32,000 nucleotides of DNA from Haloquadratum walsbyi C23 (lineage in GTDB: Archaea > Halobacteriota > Halobacteria > Halobacteriales > Haloferacaceae), in assembly GCF_000237865.1 (NCBI RefSeq), contig NC_017459.1, forward strand, positions 270,001 through 302,000, written 5' to 3'. Of the stretch, positions 9,215 to 17,581 are shown piece after piece. Position 1 is the first letter of the stretch. The number at the start of each line of letters is the position of its first letter. Position numbers and translations under genes: made by a program. The notes below the pieces were generated by a model that was not told the DNA's origin, did no database searches, and saw only the letters and a list, made by a program, of their open reading frames with translations.

Positions 9215-10183
9215 TCAGTCTATACGCGAAGCCCACTCCTCACAGGGAACCATATCGTCCATCAGTTCATCATGTGCAGCACAATATGGCTCGATACCAG
9301 AGTCGGTTTTGACATACTCAAAGTGTGCACAGTTTCCGCAGTATTGATCACCAAGGCTGGCATCGACATCTGCTGATCGCCATGTATTCTTCTCATTCTC
9401 TGGATGTGTTCGCGCTGACGAACTTCGTGGTGTTGGTGATGGGCGCTTTGACTGGACAGGTGATGGCTCTGATCTTTGTTCTCGTGGGTTCGAACGTGGA
9501 TTTGCGTTTGTCTGTGGAGATCTTGGAGATTCTGATGATTCACTTGCAGCTGTCGGGTCAAACGGTGATGTAATCGATTCAGCTTCAGTCCCACCATCAG
9601 ACGTCGGGGTTGTGTTTGTCTCATCACGAGAGGTAGTAAACAACCCGAAGGCTCCTGAAGTCGCATCAGACTGATTTCCAGCGGATGCATTCTGAGATGA
9701 CTCAAATGGATCTGATTCAGCATCTGTCGCGCGGAGATTCGTGACTCCAACGAAAAGACACCAAAAAGTGACCATCGTCCCGAATGAAAAAACAGCAACA
9801 GTGAGCAATGTCAAATCTGGCTTTCCAGCTCCACAAACAGCACCAGACCACTGACATGGATACGCATGGTCGAATAAGAGCACTCCCATGAGTGAAATTC
9901 CCGTCCCAACAGCAGCCGCAGCCTTCGTCAGTCGTGCAGAAGGTAAGATAGCAAATACCCCAACTAACACAGCTGGAACGCCAACGCCAGCAAGTACACC
10001 ACCGAGTTGCCGCTTCGCTGTGAGTGCCGCCGGGTCGGTCCCATAAAGAAGCTGTGTCGTTGTGACGCCAATTCCAGAGACGACGAGCATCGACCCCATG
10101 AGGAATAATGTAAGGCCAAATGTCAGTCGCCGGAGACTCGGACCCCCCTTAGTACTATTATATGTCTCCGCGAGACTGGTCAT
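9215..10183 (-). CDS. Polytopic membrane protein with long S/T/P-rich linker and C-terminal 4-Cys (HiPIP-like) domain
   Basis: About 5 hydrophobic helices in the N-terminal half, a low-complexity linker, then CGNCAHF-x12-C-x12-CEEW. Start moved to the ATG at 10183 (MTSLAETY). Confidence 0.65.
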   Translation of the reverse strand: MTSLAETYNSTKGGPSLRRLTFGLTLFLMGSMLVVSGIGVTTTQLLYGTDPAALTAKRQLGGVLAGVGVPAVLVGVFAILPSARLTKAAAAVGTGISLMGVLLFDHAYPCQWSGAVCGAGKPDLTLLTVAVFSFGTMVTFWCLFVGVTNLRATDAESDPFESSQNASAGNQSDATSGAFGLFTTSRDETNTTPTSDGGTEAESITSPFDPTAASESSESPRSPQTNANPRSNPREQRSEPSPVQSKRPSPTPRSSSARTHPENEKNTWRSADVDASLGDQYCGNCAHFEYVKTDSGIEPYCAAHDELMDDMVPCEEWASRID

Positions 10184-10217
10184 GCTATTGTATTTGAATA
10201 ACAGACACAAAACCCTA

Positions 10218-10237
10218 TGTCAGACGATTGTCTGACA
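10218..10237. promoter_or_regulatory. Perfect 8+8 palindrome TGTCAGAC-GATT-GTCTGACA (contains TGTCAG-N8-CTGACA)
   Basis: Read directly. It lies in the divergent promoter region, 35-54 nt upstream of the ATG at 10183. The same TGTCAG-N8-CTGACA occurs at 31365-31384. Confidence 0.4.
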
Positions 10238-10382
10238 GTGAAAGAGATGTGTATGTTTTAAGATAAATATTGGTTGGAATCAGATATTCAACAGATTGAG
10301 AGCGATTATTCCGGTATCGCTCACTGTATGTCACTCATGATGTGTCGAAGAGATTATTGCATCGGATAGCAAACCGGCGCAT

Positions 10383-10754
10383 ATGGCAGACGAAGCGGAA
10401 AGCGACGGTGATGACGAACCCATCGTCGAGTTGGGAGAGAAGACACCCGTCGCAGGGCAACCGCTTGCGCGTGTCGCTGCACGGCTCACCTGGCCGCATG
10501 AGGTAAGTCGGATTATCAATCAGGAGGGTGAAAATATGATCCGAACGCCATCAGGTCCACAACAAGTTGAGTCAATTCTCGCAGATATTGATGAGACATA
10601 TATTGATTCACGACAGACATTTGTCTCGCTTGTTGAGGATGTTATCGGGAGCGGTCCTGTTGCGGCTGAAAGTGATGATGCGAATGGCAATGATGACGGC
10701 AATAATACAACTAATACGGATGGTGATGTGGATCCGGAAGCTGAAGCGATTTGA
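10383..10754 (+). CDS. Small acidic hypothetical protein (looks like a conserved haloarchaeal family)
   Basis: ATG start, acidic composition, plausibly globular core (PLARVAARLTWPHEVSRIINQEGENMIRTPSGP) and a D/N/G-rich tail. Confidence 0.55.
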   Translation: MADEAESDGDDEPIVELGEKTPVAGQPLARVAARLTWPHEVSRIINQEGENMIRTPSGPQQVESILADIDETYIDSRQTFVSLVEDVIGSGPVAAESDDANGNDDGNNTTNTDGDVDPEAEAI

Positions 10755-10947
10755 TGTTGTGAGACAACCGACCCAGTAATATATGAATGACATACGAGAA
10801 AAACGCAATCGAGATAATCGATTATCGAGAAGTCGACATATTGAATTAATTGTATGTTATACACCACACAAAACACCATCATGATATCTATCACCTGCGT
10901 GCGAACCGGATTAAATCAAGTCAGTATAACCACGTGTTGAGCGGGCT

Positions 10948-11637
10948 GTGTCGGTTCGCACTCACGTCTTTGACATCATCGATCGAGTTAGTTGGCTTCA
11001 GCGAACACTTTTTATCGGAGCACTCTGCTCCGTGCTGTGGACAGTATGGACAGTTCCATCAACAGCGCTGTCACAGCGGGTCTTTCGAGACGTTTTTGTT
11101 TTCATTTGTATTCCACTGGCGCTTGCAATCACGCATGGACGGAAACTCGGATATCGTATTGATCGCACTGTAATTCGTGATACGATTATTCTCGCAGCAT
11201 TTGTCCTTCCATTCTATCTTATTGGGTCATCACTCCCCAGTATTCGAGAGTATTATCCAATGTGGTCAACGACACTCGCGTTTGGAGACTTTCTCCCACA
11301 TGTGATTCAACAGCTTATTATCGTTATTGCCGCAGAAACATACTATCGCGGGCTACTTTGCGTTGGTATCAGTGATGAGATTGGTCCAGTGAGTATTTTT
11401 ATTAGCCCCATTATCTATGCGTTTCATCACGTTGGAAAGCCACCAATTGAATTACTCCTGTCCGGACCAACTGATATTCTGTTTGGCGCTGTTGATTATC
11501 ATGCACAATCGTTACTTCCCTCAATCGTTGCTCATGGACTTGGATTGGTATTGCTTGATTGGCTTGTGCTGCATGACCCAGTACTCCCGCCTGAGTTGGT
11601 GTTAAGATTGCTTCGATGGCTCCCCATCCCGCTATGA
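10948..11637 (+). CDS. CPBP-family intramembrane metalloprotease (CAAX protease/Abi-like)
   Basis: AAETYYRGLL (EExxxR-like), YAFHHVGK (FxxxH) and SIVAHGLGLVLLD (HxxxN/D-like) motifs lie within TM helices. The start is GTG and is uncertain. Confidence 0.7.
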   Translation: MSVRTHVFDIIDRVSWLQRTLFIGALCSVLWTVWTVPSTALSQRVFRDVFVFICIPLALAITHGRKLGYRIDRTVIRDTIILAAFVLPFYLIGSSLPSIREYYPMWSTTLAFGDFLPHVIQQLIIVIAAETYYRGLLCVGISDEIGPVSIFISPIIYAFHHVGKPPIELLLSGPTDILFGAVDYHAQSLLPSIVAHGLGLVLLDWLVLHDPVLPPELVLRLLRWLPIPL

Positions 11638-11851
11638 CTATAATAAAGACACATACACATGAGAATCGTCATGCATATTACATACAAACCAGTTATTATG
11701 ATGTTATAGCCAAAGCAGGCTAATTGTTTCAGGAATCTTCTTTGACTCCAAAGCGGTATGTGAGGGGATATTAACACCCTTTCATCACATCATAATCATA
11801 TACAAAAAATAGAGACAAAAAGATAGCATTAACGACCGAAATAAAGCACTG

Positions 11852-11903
11852 GTCAACTGCCTCGGGGTCAAGCTCCGAGGTATCCGCCTTGCTTCTTGAT
11901 GAA
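11852..11903 (+). repeat. Dispersed hairpin-containing repeat, copy A
   Basis: GTCAACTGCCTCGGGGTCA-agct-CCGAGGTATCCGCCTTGCTTCTTGATGAA. It matches 29852-29909 except for the loop and two substitutions. The stem is 8 bp (one G-U pair). Confidence 0.8.
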
Positions 11904-12019
11904 TAGTACAATTGAACTGTGATAGCAGCAGTATTTATTACATACTCATCGCTAATCTCCTACTCCTATCAATATCACGCGAGGCTACTGAGCTTGCAGA
12001 GAACGTAATATAAGATATC

Positions 12020-13024
12020 TTAGACAAGCTGCATAACTGCCTCACGAAGAGTGCTGTCGTCTTGGCGGATGTCACGGCGATAATGCATATACACTGCACC
12101 AAGTGGTGGCTGAATGACATACGCAAGCGCGATTGGAAGCACAGCCTCTGCCGGAGGGAATCCAGGGGCTGCGACGACTGCAACAGCAATTGAGAGATTT
12201 CGCATACTCGTTGCATATACGAGTGAGACACCGCGTGCATCATCCAAAACAATTCGACCAAAGAACGCCCCGATAGCAAGAATAACACTGTAAAAAATGA
12301 TGAGTGGAATAACCGTGCTCATTGACGCAAGCGGGTCTGCGAGAATACTTTGTGATCGCATTGCCATTGCGATAAACACAATAAGCATAACACCGAGTGA
12401 GCTAATCCCTCCAAAGATTGGTTTGAATCGTTTGAATCCGCTGGTGCCATACCGGCGTAAAAGACCACTTCGGGTGAGCACGCCAGCGATCATCGGGACG
12501 ACAACAATGAATGCAAGTTGCTGATACAGCGCCGAAGGGTCAAACCCAACATTTCCTGGGATTAACACAGAAAGGTACAGCGGTAAAACGCCAACAGCCG
12601 CAAGTAAATTCACTGACATGGCTACTAACGCTGCCTCGAGATCCCCATCGGCAAGTCCTGTCCACGCGGCTGTCATGCCAGACGTTGGGATGAGCGCAAT
12701 AAAGTATAGCCCAATCGTGTATTCAATCTGTCCAGTAAAGAAGAGACGCGAAAGACCCACCGCAAGTATTGGAGCGATTCCAAAATTTATCAGAAGACTC
12801 ACGACAATCACTGTTGCATGATGACGTATATTCACGATCTCACGAAGATCAATATTGATCATCATTGGGTATATCATGACAAATAACACCGGCACAACAG
12901 CGGCTCGTAACACTGATTTTGTCTCAGTGCCGGCTATCTGCCCGAATGCGAGCCCAAACAGTAATGATCCGATTACAACATAGATTAGATTCTCCTTCAT
13001 CGCAGTGAGTGACTGTCGAATCAT
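12020..13024 (-). CDS. BART-superfamily transporter (ACR3 arsenite efflux / bile acid:Na+ symporter-like)
   Basis: About 10 TM helices; IPTSGMTAAWTGLADGDLEAALVAMSVNLL resembles the ACR3/BASS signature region. ATG at 13024, with an alternative ATG at 13000. Confidence 0.75.
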   Translation of the reverse strand: MIRQSLTAMKENLIYVVIGSLLFGLAFGQIAGTETKSVLRAAVVPVLFVMIYPMMINIDLREIVNIRHHATVIVVSLLINFGIAPILAVGLSRLFFTGQIEYTIGLYFIALIPTSGMTAAWTGLADGDLEAALVAMSVNLLAAVGVLPLYLSVLIPGNVGFDPSALYQQLAFIVVVPMIAGVLTRSGLLRRYGTSGFKRFKPIFGGISSLGVMLIVFIAMAMRSQSILADPLASMSTVIPLIIFYSVILAIGAFFGRIVLDDARGVSLVYATSMRNLSIAVAVVAAPGFPPAEAVLPIALAYVIQPPLGAVYMHYRRDIRQDDSTLREAVMQLV

Positions 13025-13429
13025 GACAAGTCACCGGTCAAACCGAGTAAAATAGCCGATATTGAGCTATCATTGCTGTAGTATTGATACTGATATTGTA
13101 TTGCATTACTGAGAATATACCTACAATACGACTGCAGATGCTGATCTATAATGCGGATATGAGCTATGTCCATCCTATCTATAGTATTGTGCTTGATACT
13201 CAAAACTGTTGAGTTGCTCACTGTTAGCATTGAGCGAATAATCTGTTGTTCGTGCTCATTGCAGTCAGCATCGAGACTCGTAGCCGTCTCTCTTGACATA
13301 TAGTATCTCGCTTGGAGAATAACAAATACGCATCATTAGTTATCTCAGCGCTGTGATATGCATATCAACAATCATCGATACTATTCAATTTCGGTTGATA
13401 TTACCAAGGTTAAATATGAATTCTTCAGA

Positions 13430-13437
13430 GATAATAG
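13430..13437. repeat. Target-site duplication, left copy (GATAATAG)
   Basis: The identical 8-mer directly abuts both IS ends (13430-13437 and 14949-14956). Confidence 0.85.
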
Positions 13438-13461
13438 CTGTCGCGTTCTGAGTTAATAAAG
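13438..13461. repeat. IS left terminal inverted repeat
   Basis: See the mobile_element entry; aligned by eye. Confidence 0.85.
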
Positions 13462-13604
13462 CCCCGGAGAAATCAATCTCTCGGAGAGTAGCTGGATCAG
13501 GATTGTCGAGAGTGTTCAGCTCCGAAAAGCTGCCAATGAACCAGATGTTGGACCGAGAGAAACGGCGTCTCAGGGTCATAGAAGAGGAAAATCACGGGTC
13601 GGGC

Positions 13605-13634
13605 GACAGCCGTCGCTGGCGGGCGACGGCTGTC
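13605..13634 (-). other. GC-rich perfect 12-bp hairpin (GACAGCCGTCGC-tggcgg-GCGACGGCTGTC) 20 nt downstream of the transposase stop
   Basis: Read directly. It may be a transcript terminator or stabiliser inside the IS. Confidence 0.5.
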
Positions 13635-13653
13635 ACCGGTGATTGAGTGGTAA

Positions 13654-14895
13654 TCAGCCGAACGTATCCAGCGTCTTATTCCAGAAGGTCCGGACTTGTT
13701 GAATTGCACGCGCCATGCCACCCTTGACTGGGTGGCACTGGCGGAACCACTCGACAAGCACGTAGCCAATCAGCGCACAGAACAGCTCGAACAAGACGCC
13801 GTTCAGCGATTTCGAGTGAAAGTTCTCGATGTTGAGATACTGCTTCAGCTCCCGAAACAGAATCTCGATGCAAGTTCGAAGCGTGTAGATACTGATCACA
13901 TCGATAGGGTCGTACGCTGACGACGCCAGCGTCGTCAGGTACTCGATCTCTTCTCCATCTGGCGCGTTCAGAACAATCCGACGAAACTCCTCACCAGTCT
14001 CGGCTAACTCAATTCGCTCATCACGAACCTGCCGTGTCGATTCGTCAGCAGAATCCCTTGGCTGAGCGCCTCTCTCGGGAGTAATGCTGACTTCAAACTC
14101 TTCGAGTGTCTCAATGAGTTCAAATCGAGCGTCTGAGTACATCAGTGTGACAAAATCATTGTCACTGTGCTTGATCTCACAGAACCGTAGATATCGCGTG
14201 TATGCACGGTCAAACGTCCAGATGACCGAGTCGAGGTCTGCGAAGACCTCGACATCGTCTTCAAGGAGATCGAACTGCGGGCTTTCGTGGGTATCGCCTT
14301 CTGTGACAGTTGCACCAAGCGGATGCTTGTGTTTGCCGTCTACACGTGCGGCACAGTGAAGCTCAACTCCTCCGCCATCCGTGTCTATCTCGTAGATGTC
14401 TTCATCGTCTCCGACGAACTCGTCTGAGACGACAACAGAGCGCGTAAGTTCGAGGTTTGTGGCATCAACAGCGACAACACCTCGTGTCATCCACCCCAGT
14501 CGTTTTCGTTGAACTCCACGTTGATGATACAACTGTGGCGTGTGCAGTAACTCGAATAGGAGACGAACGACCGCACGGTAGTCGCGGTCGTTCGTGAGTT
14601 CTGAAAACCGTGATTTAGGCATGTGTTCGAGTGAGTCGTCGACAATGGTTTTATCCTCAAGTTCAGCGAGTGAGCTGGAGGGGTCAAGACCCTCACGAAC
14701 AACCGTCTTGACGTGGTTCGTGAAGTCATGTTTGTCGGAATGGAGCCCAATCTTGAACTCATCGGCAATCGACTCGCTGTCGACTTCGTCGAGCAGCGAG
14801 TACAGTTCGTCAGCGACGAGATCAGTAGAATTGATATTAGAGGCGTCCGTTACGTCTTCTGACGGCCTGTTTGCTGAATCAAATTGCACAGACAT
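13654..14895 (-). CDS. IS4-family DDE transposase
   Basis: VAVDATNLEL (D), WTFDRAYTRY (D) and a YTLRTCIEILFRELK segment that fits the IS4 Y-(2)-R-(3)-E-(6)-K signature exactly. Confidence 0.9.
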   Translation of the reverse strand: MSVQFDSANRPSEDVTDASNINSTDLVADELYSLLDEVDSESIADEFKIGLHSDKHDFTNHVKTVVREGLDPSSSLAELEDKTIVDDSLEHMPKSRFSELTNDRDYRAVVRLLFELLHTPQLYHQRGVQRKRLGWMTRGVVAVDATNLELTRSVVVSDEFVGDDEDIYEIDTDGGGVELHCAARVDGKHKHPLGATVTEGDTHESPQFDLLEDDVEVFADLDSVIWTFDRAYTRYLRFCEIKHSDNDFVTLMYSDARFELIETLEEFEVSITPERGAQPRDSADESTRQVRDERIELAETGEEFRRIVLNAPDGEEIEYLTTLASSAYDPIDVISIYTLRTCIEILFRELKQYLNIENFHSKSLNGVLFELFCALIGYVLVEWFRQCHPVKGGMARAIQQVRTFWNKTLDTFG

Positions 14896-14924
14896 TACGG
14901 GCCGTCACTAACGGCTCACGCCGT

Positions 14925-14948
14925 TTTTATATACTCAGAACGCGACAG
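14925..14948. repeat. IS right terminal inverted repeat (contains a TATATAAAA TATA-like box about 35 nt upstream of the transposase ATG)
   Basis: See the mobile_element entry. Confidence 0.85.
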
Positions 14949-14956
14949 GATAATAG
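14949..14956. repeat. Target-site duplication, right copy (GATAATAG)
   Basis: Identical to 13430-13437. Confidence 0.85.
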
Positions 14957-14971
14957 TAGTGAGGACATATT

Positions 14972-16240
14972 TCAGGTGAACGTATCAAAGGTTGCTTGCC
15001 GTCCGGCAGCAATTGTTGAGGCACGATGCAGACGTGCTGACGATATGGGCAGATGCTCACAGACACCATCGATTGCTTCATGCATTGTTTCTGATATCGC
15101 CGGTGTATCATCAAGTGTATCGCGAACCGTTTCACGAACCTGCCAGACACCGACTGGTGCCCAATAATCTGCTGAGATGTGTCGAAGAATAAGCGCTTTT
15201 GCTCGACGTCCTCGCTGAGCGAGATGTTCAAGCACACCAAGGCGAGCAGCGTGATATGCGCCTGCAGTTTCAGAGACATATTTTGTTCGTCCCTCTCGGC
15301 CTTCCCAATCAGTTGTTATTGCGGTTCCTGCCTCCGGTTTCGGGTTCCAAATGCTCCCGGGGGCTTTCATTTCAACGAGTTCGTACTCCCACTCTCCAGG
15401 TGCAAGGATAACCCAGAACGCATTCCCAAGAAACGACTCACGATGTATTTCAACGCTATTGATATCTTGATTTGTCCGAATTCGACCGCGCAAATAGCGT
15501 CCAATAACATCATCAACAGCAGTAATTGACCATCGGGTTGGGACGAGTCGGCGCTGATCAGTTCGCCCAAGTGCTCCTGCTGAGAGAATGGTGTTTATAT
15601 CATAAATATCGAAATCCCGACGATAAAGATATGTAATCGCTCCTTCTGCGTTCCAGTCATCATCCGATATTGTCTTTTCGACTGCCCGTGGAACATGTGG
15701 ATTTTCATTAAGCGCTGCGGATTCTGCTCGCGCTCTTGGTCCAACCGGTGTTGAAACATCTGCTGGATTCACATCAAAGTCAATATTTGGACGATTTACA
15801 AGCCCGATTTCGACAGTTACCGGATGATCAGCAATGGCAATTTCACGTTGCGTCCCGAGAAATCCATCTCCATCCCACGTTTCTGCGACATTTGTGACCG
15901 GACGAGTTGTTGTTGAATTCAGTAATGATGCCCGCCGCTCGAAGACATCCGAAATTGAAATATCCTCATTGTACCATGTGTCCGATGTAATAAACTGACT
16001 TACGTCATCATTGTGCCCAACTGGTGAAAGGACACCTGTTGAGACATGCGGATAATTTGATGTGCCGACAAAAATAGATGGAGAAACCCCACCATACAGT
16101 GAATCTCCCTGGACAGTCGACTCAAATCGATCCTGAAAATCATCGAGATACTCAACGATATCATATGACCGATTTTTAGCGAGTCGACGTCGTTCTGCCC
16201 GCTTATTTTGCTCAATATCCACATACTCATCTAGACGCAT
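14972..16240 (-). CDS. nreA: Nre-family DNA repair-associated protein (NreA-like, DUF650/DUF651)
   Basis: SPSIFVGTSNYPHVSTGVLSPVG matches the Nre N-domain signature as I remember it. It is about 420 aa and has a C-terminal PIP-like tail, QATFDTFT. Confidence 0.7.
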   Translation of the reverse strand: MRLDEYVDIEQNKRAERRRLAKNRSYDIVEYLDDFQDRFESTVQGDSLYGGVSPSIFVGTSNYPHVSTGVLSPVGHNDDVSQFITSDTWYNEDISISDVFERRASLLNSTTTRPVTNVAETWDGDGFLGTQREIAIADHPVTVEIGLVNRPNIDFDVNPADVSTPVGPRARAESAALNENPHVPRAVEKTISDDDWNAEGAITYLYRRDFDIYDINTILSAGALGRTDQRRLVPTRWSITAVDDVIGRYLRGRIRTNQDINSVEIHRESFLGNAFWVILAPGEWEYELVEMKAPGSIWNPKPEAGTAITTDWEGREGRTKYVSETAGAYHAARLGVLEHLAQRGRRAKALILRHISADYWAPVGVWQVRETVRDTLDDTPAISETMHEAIDGVCEHLPISSARLHRASTIAAGRQATFDTFT

Positions 16241-16387
16241 CAGTATTCATCGAAAATTAAAGAGCAAACAATATGAACGGTCCGACTACACTATCCGAAT
16301 TCGTGGGCAACATCAAAATATCAGCGTGCTAGGGTATCAGCTTATCAATTCAATATATCGGATAGACTGGGTTCTGAGCGGTACGTT

Positions 16388-17377
16388 TCAGGTCGGAATC
16401 CCCATCGCCTCAATCTGTTCTTGATATCGATTCCGAATCGTCACCTCAGTCACTTGCGCAACATCTGCAACTTCCCGTTGTGTTTTTTTCTCATTACAGA
16501 GTAATGACGCAGCATAGATAGCAGCAGCAGCGTATCCTGTCGGTGATTTCCCCGAGAGAAGACCCTGTTCGGCTGTTGTCTCAATAATTTCATCTGCTTT
16601 TGATTGAACTTCTTTCGAGAGGTCAAGTTCTGAGCAAAACCGTGGAACATATTTCTTTGGATCAACCGGTCTCATCTCCAGACCAAGTTCCTGAGAGATA
16701 TATCGATATGTTCGTCCAATCTCTTTTCGTTCAACACGCGATACCTCTGAGATCTCCTCAAGTGACCGAGGGATCCCTTCTTTTCGACAGGCGGCATACA
16801 ATGCAGAGGTGGAAACACCCTCAATTGATCGCCCTCGGATTAGATCCTCACTGAGCGCTCGTCGGTAAATAACGGATGCAACCTCACGAACTGACCGTGG
16901 AACACCAAGTGCTGATGCCATACGATCAACCTCTGAAAGTGCAAACTGAAGATTCCGCTCGCCGGCATCTTTTGTTCGAATTCGCTCCTGCCACTTGCGC
17001 AGCCGGTGCATCTGTGAGCGCTTCTCAGATGAGAGTGACCGCCCATAGGCATCCTTGTCTTTCCAGTCGATTGTTGTTGTCAGCCCCTTATCGTGCATCG
17101 TTTTTGTCGTCGGTGCACCGACACGGGACTTTGATTGCCGCTCAGAGTGGTTAAACGCCCGCCACTCAGGACCTCTATCGATTTGCTCTTCTTCAACGAC
17201 GATACCTGTTGGCTCGTGTATAATCTCCCCATCCCCTGTACGAATGAGGTCTTTGTCGTCGACATTGTCAAGATCAATATCGTCAACAGCCTCATCCGTA
17301 TTAGTATCCTTTTCCCGTTCGCCCTGCCATCGCGTTCGTTCACTATCTCGTTCCCGCTGGCGGGTGGACCGTGTCAT
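16388..17377 (-). CDS. tfb: Transcription initiation factor TFB (TFIIB homologue)
   Basis: [44 protein letters not shown], two cyclin repeats, and C-terminal [12 protein letters not shown]. Confidence 0.9.
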   Translation of the reverse strand: MTRSTRQRERDSERTRWQGEREKDTNTDEAVDDIDLDNVDDKDLIRTGDGEIIHEPTGIVVEEEQIDRGPEWRAFNHSERQSKSRVGAPTTKTMHDKGLTTTIDWKDKDAYGRSLSSEKRSQMHRLRKWQERIRTKDAGERNLQFALSEVDRMASALGVPRSVREVASVIYRRALSEDLIRGRSIEGVSTSALYAACRKEGIPRSLEEISEVSRVERKEIGRTYRYISQELGLEMRPVDPKKYVPRFCSELDLSKEVQSKADEIIETTAEQGLLSGKSPTGYAAAAIYAASLLCNEKKTQREVADVAQVTEVTIRNRYQEQIEAMGIPT

Positions 17378-17581
17378 CGCATTTTTATATTCGATATCTT
17401 GATTTACTTAAATCTTGGCTAAATTGCTGTATATCCATGTTCTGAGTGAGGTCATATCGCTCATATTATGTCCTAACGAACTGAGAAATCACATAAAGAT
17501 AGCTGATTAACCGAGTATGTAATAATTGTGATAAGTATGAGACCACCGGACCGAACGGTTCTTTTCTGCGGTCGGCATACT

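Larger units (their letters stand above)
13438..14948 (-). mobile_element. Complete IS4-family insertion sequence (1,511 bp) with terminal inverted repeats and an 8-bp target-site duplication
   Basis: IR-L is CTGTCGCGTTCTGAGTTAATAAAG. The reverse complement of the right end is CTGTCGCGTTCTGAGTATATAAAA (first 16 nt identical, 21/24 overall). It is flanked by direct GATAATAG copies and holds a single DDE transposase ORF. Confidence 0.9.

Noticed and set aside
11895-11925. A C/D-box sRNA reading of the repeat, based on the TGATGA at its 3' end.
   Set aside because: Neither copy has properly spaced D'/D (CTGA) boxes or terminal pairing. Copy B has a second TGATGA but no D' box between the two.
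13560-13568. The 9-bp inverted match AAACGGCGT (13560-68) / ACGCCGTTT (14918-26), which I first took for the IS ends.
   Set aside because: No target-site duplication flanks it and the match does not extend. The real ends are the 24-bp IRs at 13438 and 14948, with a GATAATAG duplication. These 9-mers are internal.
13385-13579. A 64-aa ORF next to the IS that looked like a gene fragment disrupted by the insertion.
   Set aside because: It straddles the left IR (which starts at 13438), so most of it is IS-internal sequence read outward. It has no recognisable motif.
16356-16368. The 13-mer TATCGGATAGACT, shared with 18851-18863; both copies lie just 3' of minus-strand genes.
   Set aside because: My rough expectation is that several 13-mer coincidences arise by chance in 32 kb when both orientations are counted. 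The match does not extend.
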